Positions 29,759 through 40,548 are shown, numbered from the stretch's first letter. The stretch: 64,000 nt of DNA from an uncultured delta proteobacterium (GCA_963771465.1 CAVYTU010000019.1:160001-224000); one strand, 5' to 3'. Translations and numbers: made by a program. Notes: generated by a model not told the origin, from the letters alone.

Positions 29759-30739
29759 CTAGGATTTCTTGTAAAGTTTGTCGAAAAAGCCCTCACGGCT
29801 GAGCTTCTCGACGATTGAATTGTCCTGAAAAGTTTCCACCGCAACGCCCTTTTTGCCGATGAATTCCAGAATCGTCTGCACCGCCTCGGGCTCCGCTCGA
29901 GGGATGCGATCCAAATAGGTTACCGAATCGCGATAGTGGTCTTCGACCTGCTTGGGGTCTCCGAGATGAGCGTATTTGGCGATTATCTTAAGCGCGCGTT
30001 CCTTGTTTTGATTCATGAACGCGACCCCCTCGGCGTAGGCACGCACGACGCCTTCAACGGTCTCCGGATTGCGCTTTAATAAATCGCGCGAGACCGCGAT
30101 CATGTTCATCGAATAGGGAATTCCCATGTCGATGAGGTTTACCAGGATCTTTGGCACGGTCTGTCTGGGCCCGCGCAGGTCTCCCGTCACGGCGCCGGCG
30201 ATCTGGCGATTTTGAAATGCCGCGGCCACTTCGAGCGTGCCACCCATCTGGCGCACGTTGACCGCGCCTTCGAGGCCATATTTTCGCAGCAGGATACGCG
30301 TCAAGTTATCCGTGATCGAGCCAAAGCGAGTGACGCCGAGAGTTTTTCCCTTGAGATCTTCGATGCGGTTTATGTCCGGCTGAACGAAGAGCCGGTGATA
30401 GGGCCGGTTCGCGGTGCCGCCGACGGCGACGATCGGCGCGCCGTTCAACACCGCATTGATCACCGCGTTGCTCGCCGCGCTTCCGCCTAGAAGATCGCCG
30501 CCGATCAGAGCCTGAACCACCACCGGACCGGAGGAGATGAAGATAATCTCGGCCTGAATACCGTTCTTTTCAAAGGCGCCGCTTTCCTTGGCCATCCACA
30601 CACCGGTCGCCATCGAACCGATCGACGAGTAGGCAAAACTGATCTTCTTGGATTCCGCCGCGCCAGCAGGGGACAGGGAAAGAAGAATAAACAGCGAAAC
30701 GAACTGGACTCTTCGCAAGTGTTCGAGCATCAGTGTCAT
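29759..30739 (-). CDS. NitT/TauT-family ABC substrate-binding protein
   Basis: Signal peptide; WMAKESGAFEK, EDLKGKTLGVTRFGS, EGFFDKLY. Confidence 0.88.
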   Translation of the reverse strand: MTLMLEHLRRVQFVSLFILLSLSPAGAAESKKISFAYSSIGSMATGVWMAKESGAFEKNGIQAEIIFISSGPVVVQALIGGDLLGGSAASNAVINAVLNGAPIVAVGGTANRPYHRLFVQPDINRIEDLKGKTLGVTRFGSITDNLTRILLRKYGLEGAVNVRQMGGTLEVAAAFQNRQIAGAVTGDLRGPRQTVPKILVNLIDMGIPYSMNMIAVSRDLLKRNPETVEGVVRAYAEGVAFMNQNKERALKIIAKYAHLGDPKQVEDHYRDSVTYLDRIPRAEPEAVQTILEFIGKKGVAVETFQDNSIVEKLSREGFFDKLYKKS

Positions 30740-30740
30740 C

Positions 30741-31367
30741 TCATCCTCCGCCGAGACCGCTGCCGAGTATTTCCACTCCCTCGGTTTTCTGAATGTAGCC
30801 GGCAAATTGATACTTGTTCTCCCGCGGGTCGGGCACCCGTTTGGATTTCTTCGGCCCGTCGGTATCGAGCGGCTCGACGCGGGCGCGGATAAAATGCGGG
30901 CCGTCGCTCGACAGCGCTGCCTGAATCTGTGTGCGAAACGCCGCGGCGTCCTCTATGGTGCAGGCGCTCTCGATGCCGCATCCTTTGGCCACCGACTCTA
31001 GATTCATTTTGCCGGCCGTCGCCGTCGGCATGCCCGGCGCATGCTTGTTGCTGCCGAGATAATTCTGGTTGTCTATCAATACAATAGTCAAATTTTTCGG
31101 CGCTTCGTTGGCGATGGTGCCGAGCACGCCGAGATTCAAAGTGAGATTGCCGTCGGAATCGAGCGCGACGATTTTGCGATTAGGCAACGCCAACGCGAGA
31201 CCCAGCGCAGTGGAGGAACACATGCCCATGGTTAGATGAAACAGGTTTGCTTCCCGGTCTTTCAGCTGGCCCCAAAAGCCGCTGTTATTGCCGATGCTGC
31301 TAAGCACGAGCACATCGTCAGGGACGATCGCCGATAATTCTTTTAGCAAAGTAAAGCGCGTTACCAT
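30741..31367 (-). CDS. ThDP-binding subunit, sulfopyruvate/phosphonopyruvate decarboxylase beta-like (ComE-like)
   Basis: MGMCSSTALGLALA, DSDGN...IDNQNY ThDP motif variant; overlaps the alpha-subunit stop. Confidence 0.8.
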   Translation of the reverse strand: MVTRFTLLKELSAIVPDDVLVLSSIGNNSGFWGQLKDREANLFHLTMGMCSSTALGLALALPNRKIVALDSDGNLTLNLGVLGTIANEAPKNLTIVLIDNQNYLGSNKHAPGMPTATAGKMNLESVAKGCGIESACTIEDAAAFRTQIQAALSSDGPHFIRARVEPLDTDGPKKSKRVPDPRENKYQFAGYIQKTEGVEILGSGLGGG

Positions 31368-31858
31368 AAAGCCTCCTCGTTCAGCAGCACGGCGACAGGC
31401 TTCAACCAAGCGCGCGCGGATTCATTGCAATCCTTGATGGTGCGGACAATGTCCTCGGGCCGGCTGACGATGCGATAGGGAATATCCATCGCGTTAAGAC
31501 CCGGCTCGGTGGTCTTTTTGTAAAGTCCCATCCAGCGCGGGTCGCCGATATCGCCGCGGTATGGGATGACGACCAAAACCGGCACTTCGTGCAGTAAATT
31601 AATCCGCGCTAAGTGATAAGTCGCCACTAACAAACCCGAGGTGGCGAGAATCAACGCCGGCTTCTTGCCGCCGAACCAAGCACCGAAGCCGATGCCGGTC
31701 GCCTCCGCCTCGTTGGCCGCGCCGACGTAGCGGATGTCACGGTCTTCAGCAAGCATTTTGTAAACTTCGATGAACTGGGCGTCGGGCACGCCGGTGGCGA
31801 AATCGACACCGGCTTCCTTGAGCCCTTGTATCACCAGTTGAGCTTTCGCTGGTTTCAT
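31361..31858 (-). CDS. ThDP enzyme N-terminal subunit (ComD-like)
   Basis: GVDFATGVPD, NEAEATGIGFGAWFGGKKP, YRGDIG. Confidence 0.8.
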   Translation of the reverse strand: MKPAKAQLVIQGLKEAGVDFATGVPDAQFIEVYKMLAEDRDIRYVGAANEAEATGIGFGAWFGGKKPALILATSGLLVATYHLARINLLHEVPVLVVIPYRGDIGDPRWMGLYKKTTEPGLNAMDIPYRIVSRPEDIVRTIKDCNESARAWLKPVAVLLNEEALW

Positions 31859-31871
31859 ACCTTCGCCTCTC

Positions 31872-32939
31872 TCAGCGCGGCGGAAGCGGTTGGTTGCCGC
31901 CGAGCAATTTGTAAAATTCAATCACTTCCGGATCGCGCGGCAGATCTTTGATCGCCTTGTCGTTGGCGACTGGCAAAAGCGGCGACGCCTCTTCGCCGGT
32001 TAACTTCAGATATTCGGCGAGAAATTCCCGATCCGCGTAAATTTTTCGCATCGCCTCGCGTAAAATGTCCGCGCGATCTTTCGGCGTGCCGGGAGGCAAA
32101 ATGAAAGGCGAACCGGCAAGTCTGAACGTGCGGTGGAGCGCGAGCAGCTTGCGCTCCTTCTCCGACTTGACGAAGCTATCCAGTTCCGGCAGCTGGGCGA
32201 AGCGCGGATGTTTATCGCCTCGAGGAATTTCAATGATGCTATGAAAGTCCATCAGTCCTTTGTCGAGAAACTCCGGGTTTTGCTTCACGATACTGCTGGC
32301 CACGCCCGAACTAGCATCGAGCTCGCCGTTAAGCATCCCCACATCCAACTCCGGAGAAGAGTAACCGACGACAAACTTCGGATCCTTCAAGCCGTGCAGG
32401 TATGCAAACAGGCGGCCGGTTAGATAAATCGGATGGCCGACGGTCTGAGCGCCGATCCGCAATCCCGAATGGGCGCGCAATTTTTCCATACTAGCCAAAC
32501 CGAGTTTTCGATTGGTGAAAAACACATAATGGGATTCGCTGTTCGGCGAGCCCAGATAGATGAACTTGTCGAGATCGTATTGCACGCCGGCCTCGCCCAA
32601 AATCGCGGACGATACCATGCCGCTCGGCGCGCTGCCGACGATCAGGCCATCGGCGTGCGCGCCGCGATAGAGATGATTGGCGGCCTTGGTGCCACCGGCA
32701 CCGGCCATAAACTCGATCATGACGGTCGGATTTCCCGGCACGTGCTTTTTGAGATAGTTCGCCACCGCTCTCGTGCGCATCTCGCCGACGCCGCCGGGAG
32801 CGCTGCCGCGAACGATGGTGATGGTTTTCCCTTGATAGAATGGCGCCTGAGAATAAACGGCTGGAGACGAAAGGAGAACTAACCAGAAGCTCCACGCCGT
32901 AACGGCTATGAATTTACGTCCGCGATTGCTTGCGGTCAT
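31872..32939 (-). CDS. Tripartite tricarboxylate transporter SBP (TctC/Bug-like)
   Basis: FYQGKTITIV, PGG, PGNP, MAGAGG, PPGTP. Confidence 0.88.
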   Translation of the reverse strand: MTASNRGRKFIAVTAWSFWLVLLSSPAVYSQAPFYQGKTITIVRGSAPGGVGEMRTRAVANYLKKHVPGNPTVMIEFMAGAGGTKAANHLYRGAHADGLIVGSAPSGMVSSAILGEAGVQYDLDKFIYLGSPNSESHYVFFTNRKLGLASMEKLRAHSGLRIGAQTVGHPIYLTGRLFAYLHGLKDPKFVVGYSSPELDVGMLNGELDASSGVASSIVKQNPEFLDKGLMDFHSIIEIPRGDKHPRFAQLPELDSFVKSEKERKLLALHRTFRLAGSPFILPPGTPKDRADILREAMRKIYADREFLAEYLKLTGEEASPLLPVANDKAIKDLPRDPEVIEFYKLLGGNQPLPPR

Positions 32940-35172
32940 CGATGACCTCCTTGATCGCACGCCAAACTTTTTCCGGCGTGAGCGGCAGCGATTTCAGCCG
33001 CGCGCCGGTGCACCAGTACACGGCGTTGGCCACCGCCGGCGCAACCGGAATAATGCCGCCCTCGCCCAAACCTTTGGCGCCGTACGGCCCCGGCCCGTTG
33101 GCGTCTTCGATGAGAATCGATTCGAACTCATCCGGCACGTCGTCAAAGGTCGGCACTTTGTAATCGACGAGAGACGAATTGATGATCTGCCCGCCCTCCC
33201 ACTGGTACGCCTCATAAAACGTGTGGCCGAAACCCATCATCGCCGAGCCTTCATCCTGTCCCTCGCACTGCAAGGGATGGATCGCTTTGCCCGCGTCGGC
33301 TGCGGTGACGTATTTTTCGACGTGAACTTTGCCGGTTTCGCGATCCACGGAAACTTCCACCGCGCCGATGCCAATTTCCCAAAACAAAGGATTGGCCGGC
33401 GTCGGCGCCATACCGCTATGCGCGTAACCGGTGCCCACCAGTTCGCCGCCCTGATCGGCGAAGTGCTTGTTGATCAATGCGCCATAGCTAATTTTTTTGC
33501 CGCCGGCGATGGCTTCGCCGTTTTGCAGCGTGATCGCGTCTTCAGGGCATTCGAAATGCTCGATCGCAAGTTCGACGATCTGCCTTCGCGCATCGCCGCC
33601 AGCCAATTCAACCGCTTTGCCCATGACCGTAGTCGAACGGCTCGAACCCGTCGAGCGATCGAATGGCGTGAATGCCGTATCGATGGGCCGGATCGTCACG
33701 CGGTCGAGAGGCACGCGCAGTTCTTCGGCGATGATCTGACTCATGATCGTTTTCGCGCCCTGACCCAGCTCGGAAGTGCCGCACATAAAAACCACGCTGC
33801 CATCGGCAAGCACGTGCACCGTCGACGTCGACGCCAGCGGCGCACCGGGATCGGTGGTGCCAAAACCGACTCCGCGGCCATGCCCTTCCTTGGAAACCGG
33901 ACCGTCCCAGCCCAACTTGTCGGTGACGAGCTTAAATCCTTTGGCCAGATCGGTGTCCAGCGGCCGGTATTTCGGCCGCAACTCTTCGCCTTTTTTCACG
34001 AGATTTTTTAGCCGTAACTGGACCGGATCGATGGCCAGCTTCTGCGCGATGATGTCCATCTGGGATTCGGTCGCCCAGGCGGTTTGCGGTCCGCCGATGG
34101 AGCGGAACGACGCCGCGGAAACCGTGTTGGTATAAACGCAGTAGGAATTAATTTTTAGATTGGGATAACGATAAGGACCGAGTATCCGGGTCAAAGTGCG
34201 TCCGGCAACCGTCGGCCCGGTCTCCGCATAAGCACCGGTATTGAGAAAAATATCGGCTTGCTTCGCCATCAAGGTGCCGTCTTTCTTAACGCCGGTTTTA
34301 ACTTTGCACGTGATCGCATGGCGCCGGCAAGTGACCATCGCTTCGGCCACCGACGTGACAACCCGCACCGGCCGCTGCGCTTTACGCGCCAGCGCCGTCA
34401 CCAACGGCTCAATTTTGCCGCCCGACTTGCTGCCGTAAGCGCCGCCGACAAAGTTCACATGAACGCGAACTTTAGATAGCGGCATGTGAAACACCTCGGC
34501 GACATCCTGGCGCACGCCGAACGGATGGCCGGTAGACGTCCAGATCGTAATGCCGTCAGCGTCAACCTGGGCGATGGCGCAGTGCGGCTCCATGGCATAG
34601 TGATAGATCATCGGAAAGTCGAATTCGTCCTCGACGATCACGTCCGCCTCAGCGAATCCTTTTTCGACATCGCCCTTGACCAGCTCGTGATGCGCGCAAA
34701 TGTTTTTCTCGGCAAAATCATGCAAGCGTGGCGCGCCGTCGGCCATCGCCTCTGCGACGCTGATCACCGCCGGCAACTCTTCGTATACCACGTGAATTTT
34801 CGCCAACGCTGCTTCCGCCGTCGCGCGGTCGAGCGCCGCCACCGCCGCCACCGGCTGCCCGGCGAAGATCACGCGGTTGGTGGCGATGATCGGTTGGTCC
34901 TTGTTGTTCTTACCGCGCCCCATGTAATGACCGATATCGTCCAGATCTTTACTGGTCAGCACGGCGACGACACCGGGCATCGCTTCGGCTGCAGCGCTAT
35001 CGATGGAGCGGATGCGCGCGTGCGCGTACGGGCTGCGCAAAAACTTCCCTTCGAGCATGCCGGGAATAATGAGGTCGGCGACGTACTTGGCGCTGCCGGT
35101 GACTTTCGCCGCACCGTCGACGCGCGGCACGGATTGGCCGACGATGGAAAAGCTACGTTTGTCAGTACTCAC
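32914..35172 (-). CDS. Xanthine dehydrogenase-family molybdopterin-binding subunit
   Basis: KVTGSAKY, RSPYAHARI, MEPH, VGGAYGSK, FRSIG, GQG, GAKGLGEGG. Confidence 0.93.
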   Translation of the reverse strand: MSTDKRSFSIVGQSVPRVDGAAKVTGSAKYVADLIIPGMLEGKFLRSPYAHARIRSIDSAAAEAMPGVVAVLTSKDLDDIGHYMGRGKNNKDQPIIATNRVIFAGQPVAAVAALDRATAEAALAKIHVVYEELPAVISVAEAMADGAPRLHDFAEKNICAHHELVKGDVEKGFAEADVIVEDEFDFPMIYHYAMEPHCAIAQVDADGITIWTSTGHPFGVRQDVAEVFHMPLSKVRVHVNFVGGAYGSKSGGKIEPLVTALARKAQRPVRVVTSVAEAMVTCRRHAITCKVKTGVKKDGTLMAKQADIFLNTGAYAETGPTVAGRTLTRILGPYRYPNLKINSYCVYTNTVSAASFRSIGGPQTAWATESQMDIIAQKLAIDPVQLRLKNLVKKGEELRPKYRPLDTDLAKGFKLVTDKLGWDGPVSKEGHGRGVGFGTTDPGAPLASTSTVHVLADGSVVFMCGTSELGQGAKTIMSQIIAEELRVPLDRVTIRPIDTAFTPFDRSTGSSRSTTVMGKAVELAGGDARRQIVELAIEHFECPEDAITLQNGEAIAGGKKISYGALINKHFADQGGELVGTGYAHSGMAPTPANPLFWEIGIGAVEVSVDRETGKVHVEKYVTAADAGKAIHPLQCEGQDEGSAMMGFGHTFYEAYQWEGGQIINSSLVDYKVPTFDDVPDEFESILIEDANGPGPYGAKGLGEGGIIPVAPAVANAVYWCTGARLKSLPLTPEKVWRAIKEVIDDRKQSRT

Positions 35173-35340
35173 AGAGTATCCTTTCCAACACGACGATTTC
35201 CGCGTTTGGAAATCGGAGAAATGAAGCGCCTTCGCAGTAAAGATATCCCTTGCGTATAACGGGCCCGCTCACGCTGTCAAGGCTGATGCGCGCCGCCGGA
35301 CTTGTGTGACGCCGTCAACGATGCGATCCTTCACCGGCTC

Positions 35341-36354
35341 ATGAAGCGATCGCTTAGACAACAATGTGTTTTGATCATTTTCGCTGCCTTCGCGATTCTT
35401 GGTTCATTGCAGTCCTGCAAAAGCCACAGCGGTGCTCAAACAACCAAAGCTCGCCTGGTGGATTTGATTCCATTGGAGCTTGATCCGAAAAATCCCGAGC
35501 GCAAGCAGTTCGGCTCGCTCACTTTCATGGGCGCCTTCCAATTGGATTCGAAGGACAAGCGGTTCGGCGGACTGTCCGGTTTATCTTTTGGAACCGATGG
35601 CAAACTCTACGCGGTCTCAGACCACGGCTACTGGTTGTCGGCAAGGATGGTAAGCAATGCTAACGGCGCGCTGCTGGATCTGCTCGATTGGCAAATCGCC
35701 CCTATGCTCACCCCGGCGAAAACTTCGGTCACCGGCTCAATGGCCGACGCGGAAGCGCTCACCCGCGCGCCGGATGGTTCATTTTTAGTTGCATTCGAAG
35801 GTCGCCATCGAATTTGGCGCTTCGATCCGCCACCAAGCACTATCCAGTCCGCTCCAACGCCCGTGGCCCTTCCGGCTCAGCTATCGCGCGCGCCGAGTAA
35901 CGGCGGGATCGAGGGATTAACGTCACTGGCCGACGGCCGCCTCTTGGCATTGACCGAAGAGTTCGCCAATCCGGACGGCAGCTTTAAGGGCTGGCTGAGC
36001 GACGGCAACCAGTTCGCGGAGTTGGCTTATTTACCGGCCAAAGGTTTTCACGTCACCGACTGCGCCGCGCTGGAGAATGGCGATGTCCTCGTGCTCGAGA
36101 GACGCTATGTCCCGTTTGGAATACTTTCGGCGCGCCTGACGATTGTCGACGGCAAGAAGATCCAGCCGGGCGGCAAACTCAGTGGGATGGAATTGCTGAG
36201 ACTCGAGCAACCTCTGGTCGTCGAGAATTTCGAAGGGCTGGCCGTCCAGCGAACTCCCAAAGGCACGATGATTTATCTGGTTTCCGACGACAACTACAGC
36301 CCGTTTCAACAGACTATCTTGTTGCAGTTTTTTCTAGCCAACTCGAATCATTGA
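35341..36354 (+). CDS. Esterase-like activity of phytase family protein, probable lipoprotein
   Basis: FGGLSGL, AVSDHG, DAEAL, NGGIEGL, NFEGL, VSDDN; lipobox-like LQSC. Confidence 0.88.
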   Translation: MKRSLRQQCVLIIFAAFAILGSLQSCKSHSGAQTTKARLVDLIPLELDPKNPERKQFGSLTFMGAFQLDSKDKRFGGLSGLSFGTDGKLYAVSDHGYWLSARMVSNANGALLDLLDWQIAPMLTPAKTSVTGSMADAEALTRAPDGSFLVAFEGRHRIWRFDPPPSTIQSAPTPVALPAQLSRAPSNGGIEGLTSLADGRLLALTEEFANPDGSFKGWLSDGNQFAELAYLPAKGFHVTDCAALENGDVLVLERRYVPFGILSARLTIVDGKKIQPGGKLSGMELLRLEQPLVVENFEGLAVQRTPKGTMIYLVSDDNYSPFQQTILLQFFLANSNH

Positions 36355-36388
36355 CAGCGCCACTGTCCTGACGTTAGTTTGCCCAGTC

Positions 36389-37505
36389 ATGGCCGTAACC
36401 CCGGAGGAAGCCAAAACCTATCTCTTCCCCGACGCTTATTTGCGCGATTTTTCCGCGCAGGTATTCATTCACTTCGGTGTGCCGAAGACCGATGCCGAAC
36501 AGGCCGCTGACGTACTAGCGAAAAGCGATCTGCGCGGCATCGATTCCCACGGCGTGGCCCGGCTGCACACTTATTTTGAAATGCTCGAACTCGGCAGAAT
36601 CAATCCGAAGCCAAAGATCAAGATCGTCCGCGAAAAAGCCAGCGTCGCCAGCGTCGACGGCGACAATGGCTTAGGCTTGGTCGTCGGACCGAAGGCCAAC
36701 GAGATCGCCATGGACAAAGCCGAGCAGCACGGCTCCGGCTGGGTCAGCGTGTGCAATACCAATCACTTCGGCATCGCCGGCTACTATCCGTTAAAGGCGC
36801 TCGAAAGAGATCTCATCGGTTGGGCGATGACCAACACGACAAAGCTTGTCGCGCCGCTGTGGGGCGCGGAGCGAATGCTCGGGACCAATCCGATCGCCAT
36901 CGCGTTCCCGGGATTGAACGAGCCACCGATCGTCATCGACATGGCGACCAGCGCCGTGGCCTACGGAAAAATCGAGATCGCTTTGCGCAAAAATGAACTG
37001 GTACCTGAAGGTTGGATCGTCGATAAACGCGGCCGCCAGACCAACAACCCGCAAGATATGATCGACGGCGGCGCGCAGTTACCGCTCGGTTCGCAGCGAG
37101 AAATGGGTGGCCACAAAGGCTACGGCCTGGCATCGATGGTCGACATTCTCTGCTGCGTTCTAAGCGGCGCCAACTGGGGCCCGTTCGCGCCACCGTTCGC
37201 TCTACGACAAGAAATACCGGAACACAGCGTCGGCAAAGGCATCGGCCACTTCTTCGGCGCCTTGCAGATCGACGGCTTCATCGACAAAGACGAGTTCAAG
37301 AAACAGATCGACGACTGGATCAACGTCTTCCGCCACACCAAACCGGCGCCAGGAACCGACGGCCCGTTGATTCCGGGCGATCCGGAAAGAGAAGCGGAAG
37401 CGATTAGAAGTAAAGACGGAATTCCGCTTAATAAAGCCCGTGGTGGACGACTTGTTGGATATCTCCAAGCGAACGGGCATTCCATTCGAATTGAACATGA
37501 ATTAA
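36389..37505 (+). CDS. Ldh_2-family (malate/L-lactate/sulfolactate-type) oxidoreductase; C-terminal frameshift
   Basis: DLRGIDSHG, NHFG, GTNPIA, DMATS, GHKGYGL, PG; the alternative frame gives LIKPVVDDLLDISKRTGIPF with stop at 37505. Confidence 0.9.
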
Positions 37506-37558
37506 GCGACTCGAAGGTCAGCGGCTAAAATTTGCCATTGACGGAAATGATCGCTAGC

Positions 37559-39280
37559 ATGTTTACCTACAAACTCGTCAGCGAACATCACTTACGATGC
37601 GACGCCTCGATCTTTCATTCCTCGCTCATGAGCCTAGTCACCCTCGTGGTGGCATTTCTCATTCTCTTTCCCCTGGCGATGCTCATTTACGGTAGCTTTT
37701 GGACTGAGCGTCCCGGATTTCCCGGCAACTTCACTCTCGATAACTACATCACCGCCTACGGCGACACCGACACCTACAAAGTTTTTCTCAACACCGCGTT
37801 GTTGATCGGCGCCAAAACCATCTGCGCTGGAGTGATCGCATTGGCGCTCGCCTGGATCATCGCCCGCACCGACACGCCGTGCCGAGTGATGCTGGAGACT
37901 TTAATCATCATTCCCTTTTTCGTTCCCGGCATCATGGAAGCGGTCGGCTGGATCATGTTGCTCAGTCCAAAGACCGGCACGCTCAATGTTTTTTTGCGCG
38001 AAGTTGTCGGCCTGGAAAAATCTCCGTTCAATATCTACAGCCTGTGGGGCATCGTCTGGGTGATGTCCCTTGGTTCGGTGTCGTTTCTGTTTATTTTTTT
38101 CGTGACGGCGCTGCGCAATATGGACGCCGCCCTAGAAGAAGCCGCGGCGGCCTCCGGCGCCGGCCCTTTGCGCACTGCAGTCACCATCACCATGCCGATG
38201 ATCGCGCCGATCGTTTTGGGTGCGAGCTTTTTCAGTTTCATCCGCGCCATGGACGCCTTCGAGGTTCCCGTCTTGCTCGGTCTGCCGGCCAAGGTTTTCG
38301 TCTTTGGCAATCGCATCTACGCCGCCATCGAGTACGACTTCCCGATCAACTACGGATTGGCCACCGCGCTCGGCGCCAGCTTCTTCGTGTTGATGCTCGG
38401 TCTGCTGCGCGTGCAACACAAACTGCTCAAAGGCAAGGAATTCTTCGTTATCACCGGCAAAGGCTACAAGCCGCAGGTGGTTCGCCTCGGCCGATTTAAA
38501 TACGTCACCTTTGCGGCTTGCATCGGCTTCTTTGTAGTCGCCACCGCTCTGCCGTTGTCTCAAGTCGTGGTCGGATCGTTTCTGCGCGTCTTCGGCATGA
38601 CTCAGTGGGACATGCTGACGTTGGAGAATTACCACACCATTGTCACCGACCCTTTGGTGTGGCGCAGCTTAACCAACACCGTGGTCATCGGCGGCGCCGC
38701 GGCGATACTCACTGTGCTGCTTTGCAGCTTGGTCGCCTACATTACGACGAGGACGAAATATGCCGGACGCAATCTTCTCGATTTGATCTGCTGGTTGCCC
38801 AACGCGATCCCCGGCATCGTTGCCGGCGTCGGCATGCTGTGGGCGTACATCATGTTGCCCGTGCCTTTGTTTGGCACGTTGACGCTGCTGGTGATCGTCT
38901 TCATCACCATCGGCTTACCGGTGGGTGTGCGCCTGATGAGCGGAGTCATGGGACAGTTGAGCCCCGAGCTCGAAGAATGTTCCATGGTCCACGGCGCCAC
39001 CTGGGGGCAAACGTTCAGAAAAATTATTCTTCCCCTGCTCAAACCCGCGCTGGCGGCCGGGATTCTAATTTTGTTCGTCAATTTTTCCCGCGCCGTCAGC
39101 ACAACGATTCTTTTTTCCGTGCACGGCACCGAGCTGCTCGCCGTCACGCTGTTTAAATACAGCCAGGTCGGCACTCGACTAGGACTCGTCTCCGCGCTGG
39201 CGGTGGTGCTTACGGTGATCAATGTCACGGCGATGTTAGTGGCGCGCCGGCTCGGCGCCTTCGGACGCCCATCGGATTAG
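37559..39280 (+). CDS. Fe3+/thiamine-type ABC permease (two fused domains)
   Basis: Many TM helices; EAA loops LEEAAAASGA and LEECSMVHGA; start uncertain. Confidence 0.9.
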   Translation: MFTYKLVSEHHLRCDASIFHSSLMSLVTLVVAFLILFPLAMLIYGSFWTERPGFPGNFTLDNYITAYGDTDTYKVFLNTALLIGAKTICAGVIALALAWIIARTDTPCRVMLETLIIIPFFVPGIMEAVGWIMLLSPKTGTLNVFLREVVGLEKSPFNIYSLWGIVWVMSLGSVSFLFIFFVTALRNMDAALEEAAAASGAGPLRTAVTITMPMIAPIVLGASFFSFIRAMDAFEVPVLLGLPAKVFVFGNRIYAAIEYDFPINYGLATALGASFFVLMLGLLRVQHKLLKGKEFFVITGKGYKPQVVRLGRFKYVTFAACIGFFVVATALPLSQVVVGSFLRVFGMTQWDMLTLENYHTIVTDPLVWRSLTNTVVIGGAAAILTVLLCSLVAYITTRTKYAGRNLLDLICWLPNAIPGIVAGVGMLWAYIMLPVPLFGTLTLLVIVFITIGLPVGVRLMSGVMGQLSPELEECSMVHGATWGQTFRKIILPLLKPALAAGILILFVNFSRAVSTTILFSVHGTELLAVTLFKYSQVGTRLGLVSALAVVLTVINVTAMLVARRLGAFGRPSD

Positions 39281-39345
39281 CGCGAAGAGTAGCTAGCCAC
39301 TAACCAATGACTTTGATATAGCTGCGCCAACACGAGGAGGGAGTC

Positions 39346-40410
39346 ATGTCGATTCAATCAACCATCAGTAAAGCCGTCGGCTTTCTTCTATTGCTCTGGC
39401 TCGCGGCGAGTTCGATCTCACCCAATCCTGTTGACGCCGCGGATGCTACCGCGCAGCTGGTAGCCAAGTCTTACGAGGGAGCTAAGAAAGAAGGCAAACT
39501 GGTGATTTATGGTCTGGGCGAGCCGTTTCTCACCCCCATTGCCACCACTTTCAAAAAACGTTACGCGGGGATCACCATCGAAGCGTTCGATGAGCCCGGC
39601 GCGCAGTCCCGCGAACGGATCATCGCTGAACAGAAAACCAGCCGTTTGATCGGCGACATCATTATCGCCGGTCCGACCAATCATCAGATGCTCACGGATC
39701 TGAATTATTTAGAGCCGTTCAAGACTTCACAATGGGCCAACATGATTCCGGAGCTGCTGCCGGACATTCCGAACACCAATCCGTTGCGCGCCAGCGTCTT
39801 TTCCGTGGCGATCAACTCCAAGCTGATCCCGCCGGCTGAAGAACCGAAAGTCTGGGCCGATCTGTTGCAATCGAAATTCAAAGGCAAGATGGCCTCGGAT
39901 GACCCGCGCGGTAGTGGCGGCGGCGCGGGAATGATCGCCAGTTTGGAGAAGGCTTTCGGCGTCGAATACCTGCACAAACTGGCCGCGCAGGACATTTTTT
40001 TTAGCCGAGACTCAGGCACGATCTTAGCCAACCTGGTGCGCGGCGAGTACAGCCTGTTCATCACCGCGTCCCACGACGAGATCATTGCCGCGCGTAAAAG
40101 CGGCGCGCCGCTTAAATTCTTGAAACCCGCCGACGGCGTGCGCGCCGCCGGCAACTTTCAATCGATCGTCAAGAACGCGCCCCATATGAATGCCGCCAAA
40201 CTCTGGGTCGAATGGAGCACCTCGGAAGAAGGCCAACAAGCTTTCGCGAAAACCGGCCAGGCCGCAGCGCGTAAAGGCATCAAAGCCGGCGAACCCGAAG
40301 CCGATTTGACCGGAGTCAAACTGCTCCCGGTAGTCGGCGGCCGCCAGGACATGAATCTAGTAAAAGAAAGAACCAAACGATTCGAAACTATTTTCTTTAA
40401 GAAGAATTAA
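39346..40410 (+). CDS. Extracellular solute-binding protein (AfuA/Fe-thiamine type)
   Basis: AKKEGKLVIY, DPRGSG, APHMNAAKLWVEW, EEGQ. Confidence 0.88.
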   Translation: MSIQSTISKAVGFLLLLWLAASSISPNPVDAADATAQLVAKSYEGAKKEGKLVIYGLGEPFLTPIATTFKKRYAGITIEAFDEPGAQSRERIIAEQKTSRLIGDIIIAGPTNHQMLTDLNYLEPFKTSQWANMIPELLPDIPNTNPLRASVFSVAINSKLIPPAEEPKVWADLLQSKFKGKMASDDPRGSGGGAGMIASLEKAFGVEYLHKLAAQDIFFSRDSGTILANLVRGEYSLFITASHDEIIAARKSGAPLKFLKPADGVRAAGNFQSIVKNAPHMNAAKLWVEWSTSEEGQQAFAKTGQAAARKGIKAGEPEADLTGVKLLPVVGGRQDMNLVKERTKRFETIFFKKN

Positions 40411-40417
40411 GTAAGAC

Positions 40418-40500
40418 TCACCAGGAGACGCGGAGCGCGCAGAGAAATTGAATGAGCTAATCATTCTGAGAAACCCGCTGCGACCTCTGCGCCGCTGCGC
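40418..40500. repeat. Inverted 9-mer arrays (CGCAGAG / CTCTGCG type)
   Basis: GAGACGCGGAGCGCGCAGAG...CGCTGCGACCTCTGCGCCGCTGCG. Confidence 0.55.
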
Positions 40501-40548
40501 TAATACTCCCCAATCTTTTTTTACCCGCGCGAACACGAGGCCATATTC

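Noticed and set aside
32908-34011. Long antisense or alternate-frame ORFs (also 808-1644, 44915-45871, 62044-62976)
   Set aside because: They are shadows of well-supported genes, expected in GC-rich DNA.
32914-35172. Aerobic CO dehydrogenase CoxL
   Set aside because: The active-site loop reads ASFRSIG, not AYxCSFR or AYRGAGR, and there are no coxM/coxS genes.
30741-37505. Coenzyme M biosynthesis
   Set aside because: No comA or comB in the window; the transporter context suggests catabolism.
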